NCBI GenBank assembly: GCA_963827685.1
Contig: CAWHBU010000004.1
Span: 288,001-352,000, forward strand
Origin: an uncultured delta proteobacterium
Lineage (GTDB): Bacteria > Desulfobacterota > BSN033 > UBA1163
Direction: 5' to 3'
DNA length: 64,000 nt
Shown: positions 10,234-19,176 of the stretch, piece by piece
Layout: every line of letters begins with the position of its first letter
Numbering within the stretch: the stretch's first letter is position 1
Translations under genes and position numbers: made by a program
Notes under the pieces: generated by a model
The model's database searches: none
The model's input: only the letters and a program-made list of their open reading frames with translations
What the model was told of the DNA's origin: nothing

Positions 10234-10356
10234 CGGCAAGTGCCCCGCAAGCCCCGCCTTGCAGGCGGGGTCCCTGCCTACCGGCAGGCAGGAAGGGGCA
10301 CAATCAAAAAGATGTTTCCTTCCCGGGAAGCCCCAACCTGTGGCCGGGAGCTTCAA
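10234..10356 (+). mobile_element. Non-autonomous IS200/IS605-end-like miniature element (PATE-like), copy 1, with nested 20-bp palindrome
   Basis: Homologous to 50379-50480; two GC-rich subterminal hairpins, ends in CTTCAA, preceded by TTGAC; extra cctgcctaccggcaggcagg at 10273-10292. Confidence 0.65.
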
Positions 10357-10482
10357 TATAAGAAAAAAGGGAGTTGTGTGTCAAGCAACAAGTCCACAGT
10401 CCACAAGAGGTGGGGTGCTTTCTCAAGCCATCCCGGGGAGTCAAGATGGGTGACCCCCCTAAAGCTTTAAACGTTTTGAAAT

Positions 10483-10517
10483 AAAAAGGCAGGGCCATTG
10501 CTGACCCTGCCTTTTTT
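10483..10517. terminator. Bidirectional rho-independent terminator downstream of the lipase
   Basis: aaaaaggcaggg-ccattgctga-ccctgcctttttt. Confidence 0.85.
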
Positions 10518-10558
10518 CGTTCGAAGATGCTCCAATTGGAAGTGTTTATCGCCGCATC

Positions 10559-11977
10559 TTACCACCAGTACGGGGCCCCACCACCGCAAGGGATATCTTC
10601 CCGCTGGAGGAAGTCATTAAATTGAATTGTTATCCTGTCAGTCGTAGATGCCCAGTTGGGGACGTTTAGTACCTGCATTTTACCCTCGCCGCCTCGCGGC
10701 ATAAGCACAAGTCGTATTCTCCCATCCGGAGGATTAGCCCCAGGAATATAAAGATCAACCCCAGTTAGGAAAGTAAGCGCTGCGAAAAAAGGGATCGGTT
10801 GGGTAAGGTTGCTTACGCCGTCCTTGCCCTTATCGTAAACAAAGACCGAGTTTATCAACGAGCTAAGGGGGCATATGGCCGCGTTAACTATGTTAACACC
10901 GTTGATCGCAAGAATGTCATTGTTGACCCCTTGATCACCCCATAACTCCCTGTACCGTGTAATCACCAGGTTGCTTTGGTGGTCGCTCTTATCCGTATAA
11001 TAGTCAAGCCCGGTGGGCCCGGGTGGAGCATCGAGTAAGCGAATCAGGTAATCGCTCCTTATAAAAGGTTCATAATAGAAGTGGTGAGGTGTGAAGTTTT
11101 GAGGCACGATGACAAATTCATAGTAAGCACCGGCCTTGGCCTTAAAAGGCCCCCAGTTTCCATCTTCGCCTATAGCGTAAATTGCCTCAGGCTTCTTATA
11201 AATTCTTGCCCCGGTATCGCCGTTGATTTTATATATCTCTAAAGTTGAGTTTGCCACTCCAACATTTTGTGGGAAGTAGACCGCCCTTCCAGCAAGCCAA
11301 ATGTGTTCACTGAGTTCAGGCCGAATCTCCGTTGTTACAGGGTCATGGCCTGTAAAGAACTTGTACATTTCCAAAAATGACGCAGCACAGGTTGCACATT
11401 CGACATGAGTCACGCCGGGGATTGTGACATTCAACGCGTTCGGCATCGAACGGGGACCCATAGCTAGGAACGCTGGAGGATCCGCCCCGGCCCATAATGC
11501 CAAAGTGGACACTCCTGGATTGTTTGCTTGGCCGTCAATATTCACATAGTGGGCGACCTTTGCAGCACGCGCTGTTGAGCTTATCAGGTATCCATACGAG
11601 ACAAATGTGCCGAGAGAATGCCCCAGAATGTCAACCTGATTGGCGCCGGTCTCCTTCAGAAGGGTGGCAATAAGCTGATCCAGGTTGGCCCAGACCTGAA
11701 GCAGATAAGGGGTCACAGACAGGTTACCAACACTAAATTGAGAAGAGTCGTATTCAAGCACCGCGATGTAGTTTTGGGGGTAGCCGTTGCTTGTAAATCG
11801 CATGGCCTGTGACTCAAATTGGGCTCCTGAACCCGAGCCACCATGAACAAAAATCATGGGCCTAAGAGCCGGGAAGTGCTTTTGATAGTTGGCACTGGCT
11901 GGTGTAGATAAGAAGCAAAGCCCGATCAAAATGAGAACCAACAATGTGACAAATGAACAGTGTGATAATTTCTTCAT
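10559..11977 (-). CDS. Secreted alpha/beta-hydrolase lipase, Archaeoglobus fulgidus AFL-like, with C-terminal beta-domain
   Basis: Signal peptide; RPMIFVHG..GSGAQFESQAMRF..NGYP, GHSLG nucleophile, AAKVAHY..IDG, THV, FDxGxDGxS-like C-terminal segment; AAGGAGGAGG RBS before ATG 11977. Confidence 0.85.
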   Translation of the reverse strand: MKKLSHCSFVTLLVLILIGLCFLSTPASANYQKHFPALRPMIFVHGGSGSGAQFESQAMRFTSNGYPQNYIAVLEYDSSQFSVGNLSVTPYLLQVWANLDQLIATLLKETGANQVDILGHSLGTFVSYGYLISSTARAAKVAHYVNIDGQANNPGVSTLALWAGADPPAFLAMGPRSMPNALNVTIPGVTHVECATCAASFLEMYKFFTGHDPVTTEIRPELSEHIWLAGRAVYFPQNVGVANSTLEIYKINGDTGARIYKKPEAIYAIGEDGNWGPFKAKAGAYYEFVIVPQNFTPHHFYYEPFIRSDYLIRLLDAPPGPTGLDYYTDKSDHQSNLVITRYRELWGDQGVNNDILAINGVNIVNAAICPLSSLINSVFVYDKGKDGVSNLTQPIPFFAALTFLTGVDLYIPGANPPDGRIRLVLMPRGGEGKMQVLNVPNWASTTDRITIQFNDFLQREDIPCGGGAPYWW

Positions 11978-12050
11978 TGTCCTCCTCCTTGTTCTCAAAA
12001 AAGTGAATTGGCGCTCTTTGTTTCCTCATTTTCCTGAGCCTGGATTCTTA

Positions 12051-12087
12051 GCGCCCCCGACAGAGCTCACTTATCCTGTCGGGGGCG
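12051..12087. promoter_or_regulatory. Strong GC hairpin in the lipase 5' region
   Basis: cgcccccgacag / ctgtcgggggcg perfect 12-bp stem, 12-nt loop. Confidence 0.5.
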
Positions 12088-12275
12088 GCTTAGGCAACAT
12101 CTGATGGGCTTCTCCATAGGGGGATGGCAACAGCAGAGAATATCTCCCCGGAGACAAAAAGTTCTCCTGAAGTATTCATGAAGGAATTTGCTTTGGTAGC
12201 TCTTTCTCATCATTCGTTCCAAGGGGTTCGGAGTTAATCGGTTATTTTTTAACCGCGCCCGGGCCTTCCGCGGTT

Positions 12276-13943
12276 CTAAGATGAATCCCATTTCTTTGTG
12301 ATCTCCTCTTCCCGCAGGATCTTCCGCAGAACTTTTCCGATTGCCGATTTTGGAAGCGAAGACCGAAATTCTACCAGCTTCGGGACTTTGTAGGCAGCCA
12401 ACTTCTCCCGACAGAAGGCGATGATTTCCTCCGCCGTGGCTGTCTCCCCTGGCTTCAAGACGATGAACGCTTTGACTGTTTCACCGCGGTACTTGTCCGC
12501 GATGCCTACTGCAACTCCTTCCTGCACTTTGGGATGCTGAAAAAGTACCTCATCGATCTCCCGGGGGTAGATGTTGAATCCTCCGGCGATGATCATGTCC
12601 TTCTTGCGGTCCACGATGAAGAAATAGTCGTCTTCATCCTGGACGGCAATATCCCCGGTGTAGAGCCATCCCTCTCTTAGCTGTCCGGCCGTTTCCTCGG
12701 GGTTGTTCCAGTACCCCTGCATGATCATGGGGCCTTTCATGATGATCTCCCCTGGCTCGCCCTGCTTCACATCCGTTACCCCATCCTTGACGCTGACGAG
12801 GCGCACATCATTGTCCGGTATGGGAACCCCGATGCTGCCCACTTTATGACCCAGAATAGGATTGGAAATCCCCAGGGCTGTGGACTCGGACAAGCCATAT
12901 CCCTCACCGAAAAAGATCCCCGTATCTCTAACCTGCTCGATAAGCTCCAGGGGCATTGACGCGCCTCCAGAACTCAACATGCCCAGTTTTCGGCCAAGGT
13001 CAAGTTCTGCGGCCTTAGGATGATTAATGACCGCGCTGATCATCGTGGGTACAGAAGGGAAAAAGGTGATCTCTCTGAAGTTGGCCAGGAGCCCAATGAA
13101 TTCATCAATCTGGAACCGGGGAACTATAATTTGAGTGGCGCAGCTGAAGAGTGCCCAGTTCATCACCACAATGTTTCCGTAGATATGGAAGTAGGGTAGG
13201 ACCGCGATGACATTGCGTCTTTCGTAGGGAGTTAGGATAATTGAAGGATTTCCCCATAGAGCGCATCGAAAGGTTGCTGCAATCACATTGGCATGCGTGA
13301 GGAGGGCCCCTTTGGGAATGCCAGTGGTGCCGCCAGTAAACTGGATCAGAGCTGGATCTTCCGGATTCACTTGGACACGGGGGCGCTTCATTTCCGTGCA
13401 GCCCTCCAGAATCTCAGAGAAATGATACCAGCCCTCCTCTAACCCCAGACTAGCCGCGGTGGACTGACCCTGTCCTTTTATATAATCCGTGACTTTGGTA
13501 ACCACCACCCGGGAAATAAGAACCTCTTTGTACAGGACTCGGATAGCGGGAAGCCCCGTGTCAAAGGTGATCAGGGTTGTCAGGCCCGTGACGTTAGCCA
13601 TCAGTTTAAGCTCTTCAGCTGTGTACATGGGATTGAGGTTCACGATGATTGCTCCGAGCGATAAAACCGCATAATAAGCAATCAGGTATTGAGGACAGTT
13701 CGGGAGATGGATACCAACCCGTTCCCCTTTTTGAACACCCAGGGCTCCCAGAGCGTTGGCCATGCGCAGGATCTGCTGGCGCAACTCCCAGAAAGTCATC
13801 TCTGTCCCGTAAAAAGTTAGGGCCGCCTTGTCCGGGTAGGCGTTAGCGGGTATTTGGATAAGTTCATGGATCGGAAAGCGTGGCACGCGGACAGTCGTCG
13901 GTACGTTGTAATCATAATGTCTGTGCCAAGGTTTTGTTTCCAA
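12276..13943 (-). CDS. Long-chain fatty acid--CoA ligase (FadD-like)
   Basis: FTGGTTGIPKG, EGYGLSE, GWLYTGD, AGGFNIYPREIDE, LPKSAIGKVLRK. Confidence 0.95.
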   Translation of the reverse strand: METKPWHRHYDYNVPTTVRVPRFPIHELIQIPANAYPDKAALTFYGTEMTFWELRQQILRMANALGALGVQKGERVGIHLPNCPQYLIAYYAVLSLGAIIVNLNPMYTAEELKLMANVTGLTTLITFDTGLPAIRVLYKEVLISRVVVTKVTDYIKGQGQSTAASLGLEEGWYHFSEILEGCTEMKRPRVQVNPEDPALIQFTGGTTGIPKGALLTHANVIAATFRCALWGNPSIILTPYERRNVIAVLPYFHIYGNIVVMNWALFSCATQIIVPRFQIDEFIGLLANFREITFFPSVPTMISAVINHPKAAELDLGRKLGMLSSGGASMPLELIEQVRDTGIFFGEGYGLSESTALGISNPILGHKVGSIGVPIPDNDVRLVSVKDGVTDVKQGEPGEIIMKGPMIMQGYWNNPEETAGQLREGWLYTGDIAVQDEDDYFFIVDRKKDMIIAGGFNIYPREIDEVLFQHPKVQEGVAVGIADKYRGETVKAFIVLKPGETATAEEIIAFCREKLAAYKVPKLVEFRSSLPKSAIGKVLRKILREEEITKKWDSS

Positions 13944-14128
13944 CTTATATTACCTCCTATTCCATTCTCCCGTTCCTTCCTTTTTTGGCACTATTACTTA
14001 ATTTTATGGCCAGGGTCAAATCCCCGGTCATCCGTGAATCAGTACTTATTCTGATGCAGGAATATATTGGTGGGGGTCACCCATTTTAACGCACCTATCA
14101 AGAGAAAAAAGTACTCCGTTTTTTACCG

Positions 14129-14485
14129 TCACCAACCGCCATAGATATTCATTAATCCTTTGGCAATTCTCTCGCCGGCCTCATTGCTACCGAGCAGACT
14201 GTACGCGGTTCGGGGACACCTGTATCTCTTATAGAGTGCCCGGATACAATCCGAAAACTTCCCTTCCCGATCCCCTGATACCGTAATCACTCCCTGTGAG
14301 ATATCTTCAATCTGCTTATCCAAGGTGCTCTCCATCAGGAGACCCTCTTTCATCTGCCGATTCTCTATCTTCTCGTAAGAGATCTTTACCCCATATTTTT
14401 GCGCAAGGTTTTTTAGAACCCTTTCCTTAATTTCCTCTAAAGCATCCCCCGGAAAATATCGCAGCTTTACCAAATATTCAGTCAT
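14129..14485 (-). CDS. Hypothetical 118-aa protein, copy 1
   Basis: AAGGAG RBS; near-identical intact paralog at 22697-23053. Confidence 0.85.
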   Translation of the reverse strand: MTEYLVKLRYFPGDALEEIKERVLKNLAQKYGVKISYEKIENRQMKEGLLMESTLDKQIEDISQGVITVSGDREGKFSDCIRALYKRYRCPRTAYSLLGSNEAGERIAKGLMNIYGGW

Positions 14486-14500
14486 GGCTCCATCTCCTTA

Positions 14501-14668
14501 CTGCAATTCAGACACTGGACTTAAGACTTTTGACACCAGACTTCTCTTTTTCGTGAAAGCGCAAGTCGTGAGTCGTTAAGGGTTACACCTTGCGCCTCAC
14601 GACTGACGCCTTGCGATAAGAAGTTCAGTCTGATGTCTGAAGTCTATGGTCTAATGTCTGAATCACAG
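14501..14668. mobile_element. 168-bp nested heptamer-repeat hairpin element (MITE-like), copy 1
   Basis: 5x NNN(A/G/T)GAC arm vs 5x GTCTNNN arm, inner hairpin, flanked by TCTCCTTA repeats; absent from paralogous junction 23054-23066; second copy at 36199-36366. Confidence 0.75.
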
Positions 14669-14676
14669 TCCTCTCC

Positions 14677-15531
14677 TTAACCTGGCAAGTATTCCTGATA
14701 TTTCTTGGATCTACTTTTTCTCTCCCCTTTCGTCCGCAGAAAATAGTCTTTGGACGGCGCAATATGATAGGTAAAATGATTGTACGACACCTCCGGCCGA
14801 AACCGATTGTCCGCCAAAGCTTTCTTCTCAAATGTCACGCGGATCTTCCCACCTGCCATACTCAGCTTTCCCCGGACCCCACACGTGGGACACTCAACGG
14901 TTTCTCGATCTTTTAATATCCGCACAAGCCAATCATGACAGGAAGGACAAACGCCCTCTTCCCCCTTATAGGCTAGATCCTTTTCCCCGATGGCGACGGC
15001 GATTTCTTTTCCCATACGATAGGCCAAATCCATCGCCTCCTGATCCAGCACGACTTCGGATATCCCCTGAGTACAAATGGCGGCCTCGTTGATTTTGGTC
15101 AAGCCCATTACATTCAGGAGGATGTTGGATTGAACAGAAATATAGGGAATCCACCCGCGCGTAGCATAGGGAACGATGACGGTCGCCGGCTTTTTGATTT
15201 TGCCAATCTGATGGCCCAGAATCCAGCACCGGTCGATCAGTTGCTTGATCACGGCGGTCAATTCCAGGAAATAACAAGGCGATCCCAGAATCACCCCGTC
15301 GCACTCATTCACTTTGGAAAAGATGAAGCTCACATCATCGTCTTTTACTTGACAGACATTTTCCCGAAATAGGCAGAGCCCACATCCTCGACAGGGACTG
15401 ATTTCATAATCTGTCAGCCGGAGAATTTCTACTTGTGCGCCCTCTGATTCAGCCCCCATCAGGGCTTGTTTCAAAAGAATTTCCGTGTTCCCGTTCTTCC
15501 GAAAACTCCCATTCAACGCCAACACCTTCAT
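14677..15531 (-). CDS. Iron-sulfur flavoprotein / NADPH-dependent FMN reductase family with C-terminal CxxC...CxxC metal-binding extension
   Basis: NGSFRKNGNTE, CRGCGLC-x6-C cluster motif, GSPCYF, CPSC...CPTC. Confidence 0.9.
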   Translation of the reverse strand: MKVLALNGSFRKNGNTEILLKQALMGAESEGAQVEILRLTDYEISPCRGCGLCLFRENVCQVKDDDVSFIFSKVNECDGVILGSPCYFLELTAVIKQLIDRCWILGHQIGKIKKPATVIVPYATRGWIPYISVQSNILLNVMGLTKINEAAICTQGISEVVLDQEAMDLAYRMGKEIAVAIGEKDLAYKGEEGVCPSCHDWLVRILKDRETVECPTCGVRGKLSMAGGKIRVTFEKKALADNRFRPEVSYNHFTYHIAPSKDYFLRTKGERKSRSKKYQEYLPG

Positions 15532-15565
15532 AGGAAAGGCCTCCTTTCTTGGGTTCCCAATATGA

Positions 15566-17368
15566 TTACTCCTGGTACATCGATTCGATCAAATCCGCAT
15601 AATGAGCGTTAATGAATTTCCGCTTTACCTTCATGGTCGGTGTCACTTCCCCATCCTCGGTATAAAGCTTCTTGTCGAGAATTCTAAATTTTCTGATGTT
15701 CTCCACCCGGGCCAACTGTTTATTTACCTTATTGACCTCGGCCTGGACTAGATTTATGATCTCTGGCGATTTGGTCAGAGTCGCAAAAGTGGTGTACTGG
15801 ACCTTATTCTGCTGAGCATATTTGCTCACATTTTCCTCATCGATAACGATGATTGCAGTCAGATACTTCCGGCCATCGCCGATCACGACCGCATCATTAA
15901 TATAAGGGGAAAATTTTAACAGGTTTTCTATATATTGGGGAGCGATATTCTTGCCTCCTGCGGTGATGATCAGGTCTTTTTTTCTGCCCGTGATCTTTAA
16001 ATAGCCCTCCTCATCGATCTCCCCGACATCCCCGGTATGAAGCCAGCCATCAACGAGGGCTTCTCTGGTACTCTCTTCATCCCGGTAATAGCCTTTGAAT
16101 AGTCCCTTGCTCCTAAAAAGGATCTCCCCATCTTCGGCAATCTTAACTTCCATTTCCGGCAGCGCTTTGCCGACCGTTCCCACTTTAAAAGAAGATTCAT
16201 CAGAAGTGTGGGTGGTTCCCGTAGTTTCCGTCATGCCAAATCCTTCCCGGATGGGAACGCCAATGCTTTGGAAGAATTTCAAGATATTATGAGAGATCGG
16301 AGCGGCTGCGGAATTTCCGAGTCGAGTTCTGTCCAGGCCCAGCCTCTCTTTGAGCTTCCAGAAAACTGCGAAGTCGGCCAAGAGATAACCGAGGCGTAAC
16401 GACAACGGGCAGGTTTTTCCGGATAATTTCTTCTCATTGTACGCAGCCCCTACGGTTAGGGCCATTTTATAAACTTTCCTCTTCAACCAGGTGGCATCCT
16501 CCATCTTCAGGACGATGCCGGAGTAAATCTTTTCCCAAATTCGAGGGACAGCGTGAAAGAATGTTGGGGAAACATCCCTCAGATCTTTCATGATCGTATC
16601 CGGACTCTCTGTAAAATTAACGATATGTCCCACGGTCAAATGCACCATGAGAGCGAATACCTGTTCATAGACGTGGCAAAGAGGAAGAAAGGAGATCGTT
16701 TCGTCCCTTTCCGTAAAGTTTCCTGTGTTGCAAGTCTGTTTGCCGACCCATAGGTAGCCTTCATGAGAAAGCATGGCCCCTTTCGGAGGTCCGGTTGTTC
16801 CCGAAGTGTAAACAATTCCCGCAATATCTTCCCCTTTTCCCTGAGCAATCAGCTGATCGAAGAGAGTTGGATTTTCTTTATCAAGTTTCTTGCCCAGATC
16901 CAAAAGTTCGTCAAAACTCATGAGCATAGGGTCCTGGAAATGCTTAAGGCCTTCCATATCCCAAACGATCAATTTTTTCAATTGCGGGGTATTGTCTCTG
17001 AAGGCCAGAGCCTTATCCAGCTGTTCTTCGTCTTCACAGATATAAACCTTTGACCCCGAATGGCCCACTACATATTGACACTCCGGAGCGGGATTCGTTG
17101 TATAGACCCCGACAAACGCCGCTCCCGCGGCCATGCTCCCCAGCGCCGAATACAGCCATTGTGGCTGGTTTTCTCCAATGATGGCCACATGGTCGCCTTT
17201 CCTCACTCCGAGCGCATGCAGACCCAAGGCAACACACCTGACTTTTTCCAGGTATACGGACCAGGGGATATCCTCCCAGATACCGAATTCCTTTTTCCTC
17301 AGGGCAACGCGCTGAGGAAATTTTTTCGCTACATCCACTAAGGCTTCAGGCAGTGTATCCACAGCCAT
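15566..17368 (-). CDS. Long-chain fatty acid--CoA ligase (ABC-transporter-associated type), paralog of 363-2174
   Basis: YTSGTTGPPKG, EGFGMTE, ITGRKKDLIITAGGKNIAP, TPTMKVKR; start 17368 or 17389. Confidence 0.94.
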   Translation of the reverse strand: MAVDTLPEALVDVAKKFPQRVALRKKEFGIWEDIPWSVYLEKVRCVALGLHALGVRKGDHVAIIGENQPQWLYSALGSMAAGAAFVGVYTTNPAPECQYVVGHSGSKVYICEDEEQLDKALAFRDNTPQLKKLIVWDMEGLKHFQDPMLMSFDELLDLGKKLDKENPTLFDQLIAQGKGEDIAGIVYTSGTTGPPKGAMLSHEGYLWVGKQTCNTGNFTERDETISFLPLCHVYEQVFALMVHLTVGHIVNFTESPDTIMKDLRDVSPTFFHAVPRIWEKIYSGIVLKMEDATWLKRKVYKMALTVGAAYNEKKLSGKTCPLSLRLGYLLADFAVFWKLKERLGLDRTRLGNSAAAPISHNILKFFQSIGVPIREGFGMTETTGTTHTSDESSFKVGTVGKALPEMEVKIAEDGEILFRSKGLFKGYYRDEESTREALVDGWLHTGDVGEIDEEGYLKITGRKKDLIITAGGKNIAPQYIENLLKFSPYINDAVVIGDGRKYLTAIIVIDEENVSKYAQQNKVQYTTFATLTKSPEIINLVQAEVNKVNKQLARVENIRKFRILDKKLYTEDGEVTPTMKVKRKFINAHYADLIESMYQE

Positions 17369-17395
17369 CCTCTTGCCCCTGATATCCAAAGTTTT

Positions 17396-18178
17396 TTATC
17401 TAAATCTCACCTTTCTTCTATATCGCTTGTACCCCTTTACGGAAGCCTCCGTAGCGATACCCAGATAGAATTCCTTCACATCCTCGTCCTGCCGCAAAAC
17501 CTCCGGCTTGCCGGCGCGGACAATCCGGCCGTTTTCCATTAGAAAGGCAAACGTGGCATATTTTAGGGCCATATTGACGTTTTGTTCCACCAGGAGGATC
17601 GTGACTCCCGCGTTTTGATTGATATCCTGGATAATACGAAATATTTCTCTTGTTAGGAGAGGCGATAATCCCAGGGAGGGTTCATCCAGCATCAGTAGCT
17701 TCGGTTGGCTCATCAGAGCTCTGCCAATGGCTAACATCTGCTGCTCGCCACCGCTCAAATAGCCGGCCTCATGATTCTTTCTTTCTCTGAGGATGGGGAA
17801 CTGGGCAAAAACATTTTCGATTTCATTTTTAATCCCTTTTTTGATTTTTCGCGCATACGCCCCCATGAGGATATTTTCCCTCACCGAGAGTTCCGGAAAT
17901 ACCTCCCGGCCCTCGGGAACGTAACTGATCCCCATTTTAACGATCCGGTCCGTATCTTCTCGATCGATCCGCTTCCCCATAAATTCTATCGTCCCCTTCT
18001 CAGGTTGTTCTTTTCTCTGGTCATACAGCAACCGCATGATGGTTTTTAGGGTCGTTGTCTTCCCTGCCCCGTTGGCGCCCAGAAGAGCTACCACGTCGCT
18101 CTCCTTCACCTCAAAAGAAATCCCATGGAGCACCCGGATCAAATCATACCAGGTTTCAATGTTTTTAATGGTAAGCAT
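17396..18178 (-). CDS. livF: Liv-type ABC ATP-binding subunit, LivF-like
   Basis: GANGAGKTT, LSGGEQQML, DEPSLGL; basic C-terminal tail. Confidence 0.93.
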   Translation of the reverse strand: MLTIKNIETWYDLIRVLHGISFEVKESDVVALLGANGAGKTTTLKTIMRLLYDQRKEQPEKGTIEFMGKRIDREDTDRIVKMGISYVPEGREVFPELSVRENILMGAYARKIKKGIKNEIENVFAQFPILRERKNHEAGYLSGGEQQMLAIGRALMSQPKLLMLDEPSLGLSPLLTREIFRIIQDINQNAGVTILLVEQNVNMALKYATFAFLMENGRIVRAGKPEVLRQDEDVKEFYLGIATEASVKGYKRYRRKVRFR

Positions 18179-18963
18179 TATTCTGCTTCTCCGAGGTAGG
18201 CCTTGATCACCTCAGGATGTCTCTGCACCTCCTGGGGGGTTCCTTCAACAATTTTCTCCCCCTGGTTCATGGCCAATACCCGATCAGAAATTCCCATGAC
18301 CATATTCATATCATGTTCGATCAAAAGAATGGTCACTTTATAGTCCTCCTGGATATCTTTTATCCAAATGTGGAGATCCTCTTTTTCTTCTGTATTCATG
18401 CCAGCAGAGGGTTCATCTAAAAGGAGAATCTTGGGTTCCAGGGCCAGGGCTCTGCCCAACTCCACCAGTTTTCTCTTGCCATAAGGCAAGCCGGAGACAA
18501 ACTGATCTCTTACCACCTGGAGATCAAAAACATCGATAATTTTTTCCACAATCTTAATGTTCCTAATTTCTTCCTTGGCGGCCCGGGACCTTCTCCCCCA
18601 CATAAATGCTCCAGAGAACACACCCGTCTTCATATGAATATGCCGACCGAGCAATAGGTTGTCTATGACGGTTGCATTTGAAAATAATTCGATGTTTTGA
18701 AATGTTCGGGCAACCCCCCTCCGGGCGATGCGGTCTGGAGTATAGCCTACCAAGTTCTCCCCGTCTAACAGAATCTTTCCGCCATCTGGTTTATACACTC
18801 CATTGATCAAATTAAAAATCGTCGTCTTACCCGAACCATTGGGACCAATGACAGAGAAAATCGTATTCTTCTCGACCTTGAAGCTGATGTCGTTGACTGC
18901 CTTCAAACCACCGAAGCTGATGCTCAGATTCTCAACCTTAAAATGGTCCATTTCCCGAATCAT
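18178..18963 (-). CDS. livG: Liv-type ABC ATP-binding subunit, LivG-like
   Basis: GPNGSGKTT, ARTFQNIELF, EHDM, AYLG. Confidence 0.93.
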   Translation of the reverse strand: MIREMDHFKVENLSISFGGLKAVNDISFKVEKNTIFSVIGPNGSGKTTIFNLINGVYKPDGGKILLDGENLVGYTPDRIARRGVARTFQNIELFSNATVIDNLLLGRHIHMKTGVFSGAFMWGRRSRAAKEEIRNIKIVEKIIDVFDLQVVRDQFVSGLPYGKRKLVELGRALALEPKILLLDEPSAGMNTEEKEDLHIWIKDIQEDYKVTILLIEHDMNMVMGISDRVLAMNQGEKIVEGTPQEVQRHPEVIKAYLGEAE

Positions 18964-19035
18964 CCCCTCATTGCCCTATTCCCGTTCCCGAATTTCCCGG
19001 GAGGACCTGGTCCCTATCTTTGCCAAAGCGGAGGA

Positions 19036-19061
19036 GAGGCGATTTCCCGGGAAATCGCCTC
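19036..19061. repeat. Perfect 26-bp palindrome
   Basis: gaggcgatttcccgggaaatcgcctc equals its own reverse complement. Confidence 0.85.
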
Positions 19062-19072
19062 GTGGGGTTTTT

Positions 19073-19176
19073 ACCCCGTTAGAAAGCCCTGCCATTCATG
19101 GCGGGGATGATATAAACAAAAACTTCAATTCCTCATAGAAAGGGCGGGGTCAAAGCCCCGTCCTTTCTAACGGGGT
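19073..19176. mobile_element. 104-bp MITE with 14-bp terminal inverted repeats
   Basis: ACCCCGTTAGAAAG ... CTTTCTAACGGGGT; internal hairpin agaaagggcgggg/ccccgtcctttct; abuts stop codon of the binding protein. Confidence 0.75.

Noticed and set aside
14625-14831. Apparently conserved 68-aa alternate-frame ORF (also 36323-36529)
   Set aside because: Similarity follows from DNA duplication of the flavoprotein end plus the hairpin element
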